A stretch of DNA of 64,000 nt from Patescibacteria group bacterium (GTDB lineage: Bacteria > Patescibacteriota > Saccharimonadia > CAILAD01 > JADZBC01): NCBI GenBank assembly GCA_052034495.1, contig JBPOIL010000012.1, positions 13,644-77,643 of the forward strand, given 5' to 3'. A model generated the notes under the pieces. The model worked only from the letters and a program-made list of their open reading frames with translations, searched no databases and had not been told where the DNA came from. Positions 31,481-42,245 of this stretch are shown here, piece after piece. Made by a program: the position numbers and the translations under genes. The number at the start of each line of letters is the position of its first letter. Positions within the stretch are counted from its first letter, which is position 1.

Positions 31481-31508
31481 TGAGACGAGAGTATACTGGA
31501 AGAGTTAT

Positions 31509-31536
31509 GAGGCCCTAGCGCATGCGCTAGGGCCTC
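31509..31536. repeat. Perfect 28-bp palindrome, 3' end of the minus-strand cassette
   Basis: GAGGCCCTAGCGCATGCGCTAGGGCCTC. Confidence 0.9.
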
Positions 31537-31557
31537 GGGTGAGGGTTGGTCTGAACT

Positions 31558-31776
31558 TCAGTCCGAAGGGTCTTCCGGGGGAAGGCGCTTGTCCCAGGGG
31601 ATCTCGCGAGGGCCACCCTGCAGGATGGTCGGAGCTTCTTCTTCTCCTCCTTCGCTGAGCAGGTGCCTTCCCGGAAGAGGGCTCCCGGTCGGCACAGTGG
31701 GCTCCAGCCCCGTGAATCCGGCCTGGAGGCGCGCACGAAGATCGGCGCCATCTCTCATTGCTTGGTCGTCAGCCAT
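31558..31776 (-). CDS. Hypothetical 72-aa Pro/Gly/Glu-rich protein (GC-rich ORFan)
   Basis: Promoter TTGTCT-17-TAATAT at 31820-31848 (minus); downstream palindrome; ~68% GC by hand count. Confidence 0.5.
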   Translation of the reverse strand: MADDQAMRDGADLRARLQAGFTGLEPTVPTGSPLPGRHLLSEGGEEEAPTILQGGPREIPWDKRLPPEDPSD

Positions 31777-31853
31777 CCTATTTGGCCTTGCCTTTCTGTT
31801 CGGTGATCAAGCCTTAGCCATATTAAACGAGCTTCCGCCCGAAGACAAGTGCA

Positions 31854-32399
31854 TTATGCGCGAACAAAGCATGTGCGACAGCGTGCCTCATAGCTATAGG
31901 TACCGTCCTCTGGCAGGATGGACGGAAGCCCTCCTGTGACTACCTCGCCGCCGTTGAGGACTTGGCTAAACCGTGCCTCATAGCTTCTGCACACGTCACA
32001 AACTGCGACAAGGCATTGCACACTTGTCGGCCCAAGTTCCATCAGGGCAACGGTGCCTTCGGTCAGTATGCCGCGATAGTCCATATCGAGCCCGACCGCG
32101 TACACAGTCGTCCCCCTGGATAGCAGTGTATCCAGTGAGCGCAGATCGTCTGGGCTGAACATATGCACTTCGTCTATACCGACTACGTCGTAGTCGGCAA
32201 GCCAGTCGACGTCGATTCCGTCGACCTTTGTCGTCTTGATGCTGGCTCCGGCACGAGAGCTCACTCGGTCTTCCCGGTCGTGCAGGTTGGGCTGCAGGAC
32301 TACCCACTTCAAATCGCTGTGCACGAGTGGCGAGAAGATCTTTATGAGCTCGAGCGATTTACCTGACTTCATGGGTCCCACGGTTAGGTGTAGTGGCAT
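31854..32399 (-). CDS. tdk: Thymidine kinase (TK1 type)
   Basis: GPMKSGKS, IDEVHMF, GLDMDYRG, CxxC...YEARCRTC; start chosen by AAGGAG spacing (alternative start 32408). Confidence 0.92.
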   Translation of the reverse strand: MPLHLTVGPMKSGKSLELIKIFSPLVHSDLKWVVLQPNLHDREDRVSSRAGASIKTTKVDGIDVDWLADYDVVGIDEVHMFSPDDLRSLDTLLSRGTTVYAVGLDMDYRGILTEGTVALMELGPTSVQCLVAVCDVCRSYEARFSQVLNGGEVVTGGLPSILPEDGTYSYEARCRTCFVRA

Positions 32400-32532
32400 T
32401 CGTTCCATCTCCTTACGGTTTCTTGACGTGATTATATTCTAGCTTACGAATCTAGCATTCTACCAGCCGTTAGTCGCATGAGGCCTATAGGCTAGGATTT
32501 TCCTTTGACGGCGTTGCATCCTGGGTTTTTAC

Positions 32533-32561
32533 TTGATAAAGCGAAGATAATTCACTATAAT
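32533..32561 (+). promoter_or_regulatory. sigma70 promoter of fusA
   Basis: TTGATA-17-TATAAT. Confidence 0.75.
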
Positions 32562-32637
32562 TACCTAGGAATAAAGCACGGATAATGCAACCGGCTTTTT
32601 TGTTTACTAAGCTTACTAAGAAGGAACTTAACTTATC

Positions 32638-34746
<2,109 letters not shown>

Positions 34747-34765
34747 GTCGGTTCAAATTTAGAAC

Positions 34766-34813
34766 ACAAAGAGACCTTGTCAGATTGACAAGGTCTCTTT
34801 GTTAGGTTATGAT
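34766..34813 (+). promoter_or_regulatory. fusA terminator overlapping the promoter of candidate ncRNA-2
   Basis: 17-bp inverted repeat at 34766-34802 contains TTGACA (34785-34790); TATGAT at 34808-34813; 17-nt spacer. Confidence 0.75.
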
Positions 34814-34819
34814 ACTGAG

Positions 34820-35345
34820 CGAGATCGACCAGGTCTTCTAGCAGACAGCCTAGTAGTAGGTAGTAGTCGAACGAGTCGGGAATGTTGAGCCCGACAAAGG
34901 CGATGAAAGCAGACGTGCTGCAGCACATCATCTGTTCTACTGAAAGCATTCACCGTTCCGCGCCGCCGCGTGAACTCAACCTCTGGCACGCTTCAGGTAA
35001 GCGCCGAGGTCGATAAAGTGGAGGAACTAGACTGGTTTGCAAAACCACATATCCTGCGAAAGCAGAGGCTCGGAGGCATTCGGGCGGTTCGTATCTTCGG
35101 GGTCAGGAATCTTCTCAAGACCCGTAAGGAACCAGATTGTGGGTGGCGTGCATAATGATTTCTATGCGCGCGCGTCGCACCTCGCGTTAACGCCTCACGA
35201 GCGTTGCGAGGTTTTCGGGAGACGCCGGTTGCCGTCAGGCAGCCACCAAGGTGTGTGGATTCTAGGTACCTCTGCCTGAGGAGGCCCGAGCCTAGGCTCC
35301 ACACACGCTCTGCCCCTGGCTTCCGCCAGGGGCGCTCTGCTTTAA
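34820..35345 (+). ncRNA. Candidate large structured ncRNA-2 (~525 nt), unknown family
   Basis: Own promoter; more than 12 tandem or nested hairpins including CTGC-GAAA-GCAG; terminal GCCCCTGGC-ttcc-GCCAGGGGC; no credible ORF; tuf has a separate promoter. Confidence 0.65.
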
Positions 35346-35350
35346 AAGTC

Positions 35351-35379
35351 TTTACATTGGAGCAGTTTTTACCTATAAT
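35351..35379 (+). promoter_or_regulatory. sigma70 promoter of tuf-rpsJ
   Basis: TTTACA-17-TATAAT. Confidence 0.75.
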
Positions 35380-35461
35380 CGAAAAGTCTAAGGCCTAGAC
35401 ATATTTTTATGTGTCTTCGCCAAGCGCTTATAAATTTAACAACGTTCAACAAGGAGAATAT

Positions 35462-36646
35462 ATGGCAGAACAATTCGATCGCAGTAAGCCGCATGTTAAT
35501 GTCGGTACTATGGGGCACGTAGATCACGGTAAGACTACTCTTACTGCTGCAATCACCCACGTATTGGCTAAGAAGCTTCCTAGCGCAGTAAACAAGCCAA
35601 TTAACTACGATGAAATCGACAAGGCTCCAGAAGAGCGCGAGCGTGGAATCACTATCGCAACTTCTCACCAGGAGTACGAAAGCGAAAAGCGACACTATGC
35701 TCACGTCGATATGCCTGGTCACGCTGACTATGTAAAGAACATGATCACTGGTGCTGCTCAGATTGACGGTGCTGTATTGGTGGTATCTGCTGCTGATGGC
35801 CCAATGCCACAGACCCGAGAGCACGTTCTCTTGGCTCGACAGGTTGGTGTTCCATATATCCTTGTCTACATGAACAAGATGGATATGGCCGACCCAGAGC
35901 TTGCTGAGCTTGTTGAGATCGAAATCCGCGAACTCCTAGAAAAGAACGGCTACGACGAGAACGCCCCAATCATTAAGGGTTCTGCCCTTAAGGCACTCGA
36001 AGGCGATGCCGCTGCAGAAGACTCAATCATGGAGCTTGTGAAAGCTATGGACGAAAGTGTTCCAGAGCCAAAGCGCGAAATCGATAAGCCATTCCTAATG
36101 CCAATCGAAGACGTATTCTCAATCAAAGGTCGTGGTACGGTAGCTACCGGACGAATTGAACAGGGAATCGTGAACGTAGGTGAAGAAGTAGAGATCGTTG
36201 GCCTTCACGACACCAAAAAGACTACGGTAACTGGTGTAGAAATGTTCAAGAAGCTCCTCGACGAAGGTCGTGCTGGAGACAACGTTGGCTTACTCCTACG
36301 TGGTATTGAGCGAACTGATATCGAACGCGGTCAGGTTCTGGCTAAGCCAGGTTCAATCACCCCTCACACCGAGTTTGATTCTGAAGTTTACGTTCTTAAG
36401 AAGGAAGAGGGCGGTCGCCACACTCCATTCTTCAAGGGCTACAAGCCACAGTTTTACATCCGCACAACCGACGTTACTGGTGAAGTTACCCTACCAGACG
36501 GCGTAGAAATGGTAATGCCAGGGGATAACATCAAGATGAAGGTTAAGCTCATCGCCCCGATTGCCATGGAAGAAGGACTCCGATTCGCCATCCGCGAAGG
36601 TGGCCGAACCGTAGGTGCTGGTGTTGTAACTAAGATTAACAAGTAA
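35462..36646 (+). CDS. tuf: Elongation factor Tu
   Basis: [27 protein letters not shown]; AAGGAG SD before ATG 35462. Confidence 0.99.
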   Translation: MAEQFDRSKPHVNVGTMGHVDHGKTTLTAAITHVLAKKLPSAVNKPINYDEIDKAPEERERGITIATSHQEYESEKRHYAHVDMPGHADYVKNMITGAAQIDGAVLVVSAADGPMPQTREHVLLARQVGVPYILVYMNKMDMADPELAELVEIEIRELLEKNGYDENAPIIKGSALKALEGDAAAEDSIMELVKAMDESVPEPKREIDKPFLMPIEDVFSIKGRGTVATGRIEQGIVNVGEEVEIVGLHDTKKTTVTGVEMFKKLLDEGRAGDNVGLLLRGIERTDIERGQVLAKPGSITPHTEFDSEVYVLKKEEGGRHTPFFKGYKPQFYIRTTDVTGEVTLPDGVEMVMPGDNIKMKVKLIAPIAMEEGLRFAIREGGRTVGAGVVTKINK

Positions 36647-36670
36647 CCAGGACTATAACGGAACCTTCAC

Positions 36671-36991
36671 ATGCCAGAACAAGCAAACAAACAACGCATC
36701 CGCATTCGCCTCAAGGCGTACGACAGTAAAATTATCGATCAGTCTGCTAAGCAGATCCTTGATACTGCCGTACGTACCGGCGCACAGGTAGTTGGTCCAG
36801 TGCCACTACCTACTGATAAGAACAAGTTTACGGTGCTATCTAGCCCCCACGTGTTCAAAGACGCTCGTGAACAGTTCGAAATGCGTACACACAAACGTTT
36901 AATCGATATTACTGAGCCAACTCCGAAGACGATCGATTCACTTATGAATCTTAACCTTCCAGCTGGTGTAGACATTGAAATTAAGATGTAA
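36671..36991 (+). CDS. rpsJ: 30S ribosomal protein S10
   Basis: [31 protein letters not shown]. Confidence 0.98.
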   Translation: MPEQANKQRIRIRLKAYDSKIIDQSAKQILDTAVRTGAQVVGPVPLPTDKNKFTVLSSPHVFKDAREQFEMRTHKRLIDITEPTPKTIDSLMNLNLPAGVDIEIKM

Positions 36992-37009
36992 TTTGCTCGA
37001 TCTAGTGTG

Positions 37010-37046
37010 AATCTAAAAGCCCCTCTTAACGAGGGGCTTTTAGATT
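37010..37046 (+). terminator. Terminator after rpsJ
   Basis: AATCTAAAAGCCCCTC-ttaac-GAGGGGCTTTTAGATT. Confidence 0.88.
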
Positions 37047-37151
37047 GGCTATGATTTGGCGTGAGCCGTTCTTCAATACACTACGCCTTGTACTTAGTGA
37101 ATTAATATGTTAAAGTATGTATATCATCCGCCCAGACGAGGAGAGTAAGCA

Positions 37152-37457
37152 GTGGAAATCACGATTCACTCATCTCGTCTTAGGCGTGATGTAAGTGGGA
37201 AACTTGACCCGCACGAGGTAGAGGATTATACCCGCCTTGTAAGGACGTTGCTCAATGGCGCACCCAAGCTCAATATCACTCGGGTACGACTTGTCCTTGC
37301 AGAGGATCTGCCTACGGGGCTTGAGTGGCGCATCGAGGTTAAGTCTGCACCCTCTGCGGCAGACACGCGTGTTCACATCATGAAGCGCTTCAAGACACAC
37401 CTGCGCCACCCGAAGGTGGTCGATGGAAGTGACGTCGAAGTGACGTTCCTTTCTTAG
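37152..37457 (+). CDS. Hypothetical 101-aa protein (ORFan cassette)
   Basis: Promoter TTGTAC-17-TAAAGT (37088-37116), GAGGAG SD, GTG start, hairpin at 37485-37512. Confidence 0.7.
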   Translation: MEITIHSSRLRRDVSGKLDPHEVEDYTRLVRTLLNGAPKLNITRVRLVLAEDLPTGLEWRIEVKSAPSAADTRVHIMKRFKTHLRHPKVVDGSDVEVTFLS

Positions 37458-37484
37458 CAGTAGGCGTGACATCTCTATTCGCAA

Positions 37485-37512
37485 AGCCCGCCCGGGTCAT
37501 CTCGGGCGGGCT
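37485..37512 (+). terminator. Terminator of the 37152 cassette
   Basis: AGCCCGCCCG/CGGGCGGGCT stem followed by CAGTCTTT. Confidence 0.7.
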
Positions 37513-37527
37513 CAGTCTTTACTCGTA

Positions 37528-37566
37528 TAACCAAAAAGTACCCGAATAATAGGTACTTTTTGGTTA
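37528..37566. terminator. Bidirectional terminator-like inverted repeat
   Basis: TAACCAAAAAGTACC-N9-GGTACTTTTTGGTTA. Confidence 0.7.
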
Positions 37567-37630
37567 AGACAGAACAAAGGCATCAAGTGTTTAATAGCTT
37601 TGGTCCGCCCGCCTGACCCCGATGAAGGGG

Positions 37631-37993
37631 TCAGGCGGAGAATGCATCTTCAGGTACGAGACCCAATCGTGCAGGGGTGGAGAACGGCGGCTCCCAGTAG
37701 TGGTCATCGAAGCGTTCACGGATTGCAGCGATGACGACTTCTACCTGGTGGTCGGTCATCGCGACCTCTGCCACCTCGTAGGTGAGACCTGCCAGGTGTT
37801 GTACCCGTGCGCCTCTCTGGCCAAGTGAGACCAGCTCTTGCTGTAGGAAGTTGATGACGAGCTGATGATCATCTTCTGGAATCATCACCTGGAACTGCCG
37901 CATGACATCTTGTCGTACGTGCATTGCACCGAACCTCCTTTCGAAGTTTGTGGCTCGGTGAGCTACAGACTGTATCTGCAATTCACCGGCCAC
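37631..37993 (-). CDS. Hypothetical 120-aa protein (ORFan cassette)
   Basis: Promoter TTGACG-17-TATGAT at 38044-38072 (minus); GTG start; stop codon lies inside a hairpin (37612-37635). Confidence 0.65.
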   Translation of the reverse strand: MAGELQIQSVAHRATNFERRFGAMHVRQDVMRQFQVMIPEDDHQLVINFLQQELVSLGQRGARVQHLAGLTYEVAEVAMTDHQVEVVIAAIRERFDDHYWEPPFSTPARLGLVPEDAFSA

Positions 37994-38093
37994 AATCCCT
38001 AAAAGTTTGCAAAGTGCTTAAGGCTATGCCTTAATGTGCACAAATCATACTACAGATAGGTTGACACGTCAATAAGAATGTTGAAAAAAAGAC

Positions 38094-38122
38094 TAGACAA
38101 ACAATGCTAGCTGTGTTACTAT
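38094..38122 (+). promoter_or_regulatory. sigma70 promoter of candidate ncRNA-3
   Basis: TAGACA-17-TACTAT with TG extension, divergent from the 37993 promoter. Confidence 0.7.
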
Positions 38123-38128
38123 GTGTAT

Positions 38129-38670
38129 CTAAGTTTGGTTTACGCCAAATTGCACCTTATATTTGGACTTCGGTCCATACAATCAGCTCTTGATACATTG
38201 AGCGTTGATTGTATGGACCTGACACCTTAGGTAAAGTCCATTGAATTGAAATCCGATCCATTTGAGGCTACGGCCACAAGAAAGGGTAGTAGCTTGCACG
38301 GAAGAGCGCACGTTTGCTGGTTCGCCAGTGTGACGTCACCGTTTCTCCTAGCACGCTACAATGCCCTGTAGGGTCGGATGATACCGGAAGCAACGGCCCG
38401 AGGGCCACCGCTTCCTGGTGTCGCCAGAGAATTTACGCCACGCGGCTTGCCGTAGGTATTGTTCTCTGAGCTTCGCGCCTTCTGCTTCGGCAGAAGGTCA
38501 TACGCTGAGGGTCCCGCCCCCTCAGTCGCGCAGGGTGGGTTCCGCCACCTGCCCTTGCGCACGACGCGCCCCGGGATCCGCCGCCTGGGACGCGCAGGTC
38601 GGCGGGGTGGCCTCCGGGCCACCCCGCCGCACCCACCACGAGACCTTGAACTTTGTTCAGGGTCTTCTTT
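38129..38670 (+). ncRNA. Candidate large structured ncRNA-3 (~540 nt), unknown family
   Basis: 14-bp stem 38172-38185/38206-38219, cUUCGg hairpins, 13-bp GC stem 38600-38629, terminator 38641-38670; no credible ORF. Confidence 0.7.
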
Positions 38671-38727
38671 CATTTTTGGATTAACTTTCTCTTCGACTCC
38701 CCATAGTTTTTATGCTTAAATAGAGTA

Positions 38728-38991
38728 ATGAAGAATAAGGGCGGCAAAAGGTATTACGAGTCTGACTTCGCTTTTTTGGTAAAGGCGGGCCTTTATCTCA
38801 TCCTCGGACTTACATGGATATCGATTAACGGACATAGAGTGATCCCGATAGGTGTAATCCTGGGCTTTATATTCTCTAAGGTTGATGTGCTAAGGATTGA
38901 TCGCAAGATAGAATATGCTCTACTCGTCGTTGGGGCGCTCTTAGGGCTGGTTTTTACGGGCATTGGCTTAACGATCTCCATTAGTCTATAG
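38728..38991 (+). CDS. Small hypothetical membrane protein
   Basis: ESDFAFLVK...IDRKIEYALL; three hydrophobic segments. Confidence 0.7.
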   Translation: MKNKGGKRYYESDFAFLVKAGLYLILGLTWISINGHRVIPIGVILGFIFSKVDVLRIDRKIEYALLVVGALLGLVFTGIGLTISISL

Positions 38992-38993
38992 TC

Positions 38994-39320
38994 ATGGAGT
39001 TTACGCCTACACCCGCATTTTGGGTCAGTTTGCTGCCGGTGCCATTTTTGACCTACCTTAATATTAAAGTCGGCTTCCTTTTACTCGAGCTCCGCAGGCG
39101 CAACCGTGTCAAACGTATAAAATCAAGCAAGCTCTACAACCAGGGGAGGGCACTAGGTATGATATCTGCTTGCTTTGCCTTGTTGCCTGCAATCTTGGAG
39201 TGGCGTATATTCGTTCAGAACCCATGGTGGGCAATATCCTACCTCATAGGTGGTATTTTGGGCGTGCTTGCGCTCAGAATGGTACAAAGGGGCCTCAAGG
39301 CCGAGCTGCGGCGTAAGTAG
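38994..39320 (+). CDS. Small hypothetical membrane protein
   Basis: Three hydrophobic segments with basic loops; starts 2 nt after the upstream stop. Confidence 0.65.
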   Translation: MEFTPTPAFWVSLLPVPFLTYLNIKVGFLLLELRRRNRVKRIKSSKLYNQGRALGMISACFALLPAILEWRIFVQNPWWAISYLIGGILGVLALRMVQRGLKAELRRK

Positions 39321-39344
39321 GCGCTTATCTAGGCTCGAAAACTG

Positions 39345-39518
39345 TTGACACTCCTGTTGGTTATCTGGTACACTAACGCTTGGTCTAAAACATTCCTTTT
39401 CAGGCTTAACGGCTGGGAAGTGATTAGGTCCGCTCGGTACAGGGTAAAGCGCCCGGACGGAAACCCATCAACTTGCCAGGATTTGTTTTTCTAGAATAAT
39501 CACATTAAGGAATCACGC
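39345..39518 (+). promoter_or_regulatory. Promoter and ~140-nt leader of the rplC operon
   Basis: TTGACA-18-TACACT; short leader hairpins; AAGGA SD. Confidence 0.6.
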
Positions 39519-40124
39519 GTGAAAGCACTGCTTGCTAAAAAGATAGGTATGACCCAGATTTTTGACGAATCGGGCGTAATGACTCCAGTAACTGTACTGG
39601 AGGCTGGTCCGTGTGTGATTACTCAGCTCAAAAGCGAAGAGCGAGACGGATATAGTGCAGTTCAGATTGGGTTTGGAGAAGCCAAGCACCAAGCCAAGCC
39701 GCAAGCCGGCCACCTCAAGCCAGCCAAAGCCAATAGCCGTTTCCTTACTGAGTATCGCGTAGATGGAGATCAGCCAGAGATGACAATTGGAGATGAACTT
39801 AAAGCCGATGTTTTTGCCGTCGGTGACAGCATAACAGTAAGTGCTGTTTCTAAGGGCAAAGGCTTCGCCGGAACTATCAAGCGTCACAACTTCGCTCGTG
39901 GTCCAATGAGTCACGGTAGCCATAATCACCGTGCTCCTGGTTCAATTGGTGCTGGTTATCCCCAACACGTGTTTAAAGGTCAAAAGATGGCCGGTCAAAT
40001 GGGTAGTAAGGCCGTTACCGTTAAGAACCTCAAGGTAATGGAAGTAGATGTAGAAAATAACTTGCTCGTGGTTCGTGGTGCAGTTCCAGGCCCAAAAAAG
40101 AGCTTAGTAATGGTGAGAGGCTAA
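39519..40124 (+). CDS. rplC: 50S ribosomal protein L3
   Basis: KIGMTQIF, SKGKGFAG, SHGS..HRAPGSIG. Confidence 0.98.
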   Translation: MKALLAKKIGMTQIFDESGVMTPVTVLEAGPCVITQLKSEERDGYSAVQIGFGEAKHQAKPQAGHLKPAKANSRFLTEYRVDGDQPEMTIGDELKADVFAVGDSITVSAVSKGKGFAGTIKRHNFARGPMSHGSHNHRAPGSIGAGYPQHVFKGQKMAGQMGSKAVTVKNLKVMEVDVENNLLVVRGAVPGPKKSLVMVRG

Positions 40125-40128
40125 GGAC

Positions 40129-40758
40129 ATGAAGGCGATGACGTACACAGCTGCAGGCAAGAAGGCCACCACTGAAGTTACTTTGGATAAGGCGATATTC
40201 GGGCAAGAAGTGAATGCTGAGCTATTGAGCTTAGCGTATCGCCGCACTCTGGCTAACCGCCGAACTAATAACGCCAAGACCCTTACCCGCGGTCTTGTGC
40301 GTGGTGGCGGTAAGAAGCCATGGCGCCAAAAGGGTACTGGCCGAGCTCGTGTAGGCTCTAGTCGTACTCCGTTATGGCGAACTGGTGGTATCGTTTTTGG
40401 CCCAACTGGTAACGAAAACTACAGCATCACCATGACTAAGAAGATGATTCGCGGTTCAGTTGCCCAGGCTCTAAGCGCCCAGGCCGATCGAATTCGGGTT
40501 ATCGAGTCATTTAAGCCCGCAGAGTCCAAGACTCGCGCAGCAGTTGATTTGCTCGCCAAGCTAGAAGTAGAAGGTAGGGTGTTCATCGTAGTAAACGCCA
40601 TGAGTGAAGCAATTGCTCGATCTGTTGCAAACCTTCCAGGTGTTGAGGCCGTGACCCCGCAGCGCATTACTGCATTCGATGTGCTAAATGCCGACGCAAT
40701 TATTATTGAACAACCTGCTCTGGACAGCATTAAATCTTGGCTAGGAGGCACGAAGTAA
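40129..40758 (+). CDS. rplD: 50S ribosomal protein L4
   Basis: GGGKKPWRQKGTGRAR. Confidence 0.98.
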   Translation: MKAMTYTAAGKKATTEVTLDKAIFGQEVNAELLSLAYRRTLANRRTNNAKTLTRGLVRGGGKKPWRQKGTGRARVGSSRTPLWRTGGIVFGPTGNENYSITMTKKMIRGSVAQALSAQADRIRVIESFKPAESKTRAAVDLLAKLEVEGRVFIVVNAMSEAIARSVANLPGVEAVTPQRITAFDVLNADAIIIEQPALDSIKSWLGGTK

Positions 40759-41126
40759 TGTCGCAGCTAATTCTAAAGCCTATCATTTCTGAAAAGAGCA
40801 TTATGCTTGCCGCAAATCGGGTATACACCTTTGAAGTTCCAATGGCGACTAACAAGATTGAAGTGGCTCGTGCTGTTAAGGCTGCCTTTAACGTTGACGC
40901 AACAGACGTCCGAATCGTTATTACAAAGGGCAAAGTTAAGCGATTTAAGGGCAAGAGTGGTCGTCGCGTTGATGTTAAGAAAGCTATGGTTGCCGTGAAG
41001 GAAGGCCAAAGCATTAAGATCTTCGAAGCGGAAGCCGAGACAAAAGAGGACAAAAAGGCAGTCAAGAAGCAGTCTAAGGACGAGGCTAGGAAGCCTACTA
41101 CTAAGACTGCGAAGGAGGCCAAGTAA
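40758..41126 (+). CDS. rplW: 50S ribosomal protein L23 (C-terminal Lys/Glu/Ala extension)
   Basis: PIISEKS, YTFEV, KKAMV; ATG overlaps the rplD stop. Confidence 0.95.
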   Translation: MSQLILKPIISEKSIMLAANRVYTFEVPMATNKIEVARAVKAAFNVDATDVRIVITKGKVKRFKGKSGRRVDVKKAMVAVKEGQSIKIFEAEAETKEDKKAVKKQSKDEARKPTTKTAKEAK

Positions 41127-41959
41127 TGCCAGTACGAGTTTACAAGCCGAATACCGCTGCTCGCCGGAATATGAGCGTAAGTGACTTCGCAGAGATTACA
41201 AAGAAGTCTCCAGAAAAGTCATTGATCCTCAAGCGCAAGCAGAAGGCTGGCCGTAATAATCAGGGCAAGATTACTACTCGACACCGAGGTGGCGGTGCTA
41301 AGCGTGCGATTCGTATTGTGGACTTCAAGCTCACAGGCGTAGAAGGTGCCAAGGTAGTCGCAATCGAGTACGATCCAGGCAGAAGTGCGCGTATTGCTTT
41401 GCTTCAGCTCAAAGAAGGCGGCAAGGCTTATGTAGTGGCTAACGCCGGTCTCAAAGTCGGTCAAACGGTTACGTCTGGCAAGGATGCAGAAATTAAAGTG
41501 GGTAATCGTTTGCCACTATCTGCTATACCAGTAGGTTCAGTTATTTCTAACATCGAGCTGACTCCAGGTCGTGGCGGGCAAATGGCTCGTTCTGCAGGTG
41601 CTCGTGCCCAGCTAGCTGCTAAAGAGGGTGTATATGTACAGGTCAAATTGCCATCTGGAGAGGTACGACTCGTGCACCAGACCTGTATGGCTACTCTAGG
41701 CGCTATCGGGAATGCCGAGCATCAGAACATCAAGGTTGGTAACGCTGGCCGCAAGCGCCACATGGGCTTCCGACCAACGGTACGTGGTAAGGCTATGAAC
41801 CCGGTTGATCACCCGCACGGTGGTGGTGAAGGTGGTACAGATATTGGTATGCCATTCCAGAAGACGCCATGGGGCAAGCATGCTCTAGGTAAACGTACGC
41901 GACGACGTAAGAAGGGCATTGATATGATTATTCGCCGACGCGGAAAGGGTAATAGGTAG
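41126..41959 (+). CDS. rplB: 50S ribosomal protein L2
   Basis: [32 protein letters not shown]. Confidence 0.99.
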   Translation: MPVRVYKPNTAARRNMSVSDFAEITKKSPEKSLILKRKQKAGRNNQGKITTRHRGGGAKRAIRIVDFKLTGVEGAKVVAIEYDPGRSARIALLQLKEGGKAYVVANAGLKVGQTVTSGKDAEIKVGNRLPLSAIPVGSVISNIELTPGRGGQMARSAGARAQLAAKEGVYVQVKLPSGEVRLVHQTCMATLGAIGNAEHQNIKVGNAGRKRHMGFRPTVRGKAMNPVDHPHGGGEGGTDIGMPFQKTPWGKHALGKRTRRRKKGIDMIIRRRGKGNR

Positions 41960-41965
41960 GTTATT

Positions 41966-42244
41966 ATGAGTAGATCTCTAAAAAAAGGTCCATACGTAGA
42001 CGCTAAGCTTTTGAAGAAAGTTGTTGCTCTTGGCCCGAATGAAAAGACAATAATTAAGACGTGGGCTCGATCTAGTAGCATTTCTCCTGAAATGGTCGGT
42101 AAGACTATCGCGGTCCATAATGGACGACAGCATCTTCCCGTATTCGTTACCGAAAACATGGTAGGGCATAAGCTCGGTGAGTTCTCGCCTACACGCAAGT
42201 TCCGTGGTCACGGTGGTAAATTGGCAAAGGCACAAGGAAAGTAA
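41966..42244 (+). CDS. rpsS: 30S ribosomal protein S19
   Basis: [21 protein letters not shown]. Confidence 0.98.
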   Translation: MSRSLKKGPYVDAKLLKKVVALGPNEKTIIKTWARSSSISPEMVGKTIAVHNGRQHLPVFVTENMVGHKLGEFSPTRKFRGHGGKLAKAQGK

Positions 42245-42245
42245 T

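Noticed and set aside
34807-35398. Short ORFs in the fusA-tuf gap
   Set aside because: Mutually overlapping, mostly non-ATG starts, no SD and no recognisable motifs
38229-38240. AGGTAAAGTCCA as the RNase P P4 motif
   Set aside because: Only a partial match to GAGGAAAGUCC, and the conserved 3' partner region of RNase P RNA is not visible
38356-38719. Arg/Pro/Gly-rich ORFs in the ncRNA-3 region
   Set aside because: Typical open frames of GC-rich hairpin sequence; several cross the terminator
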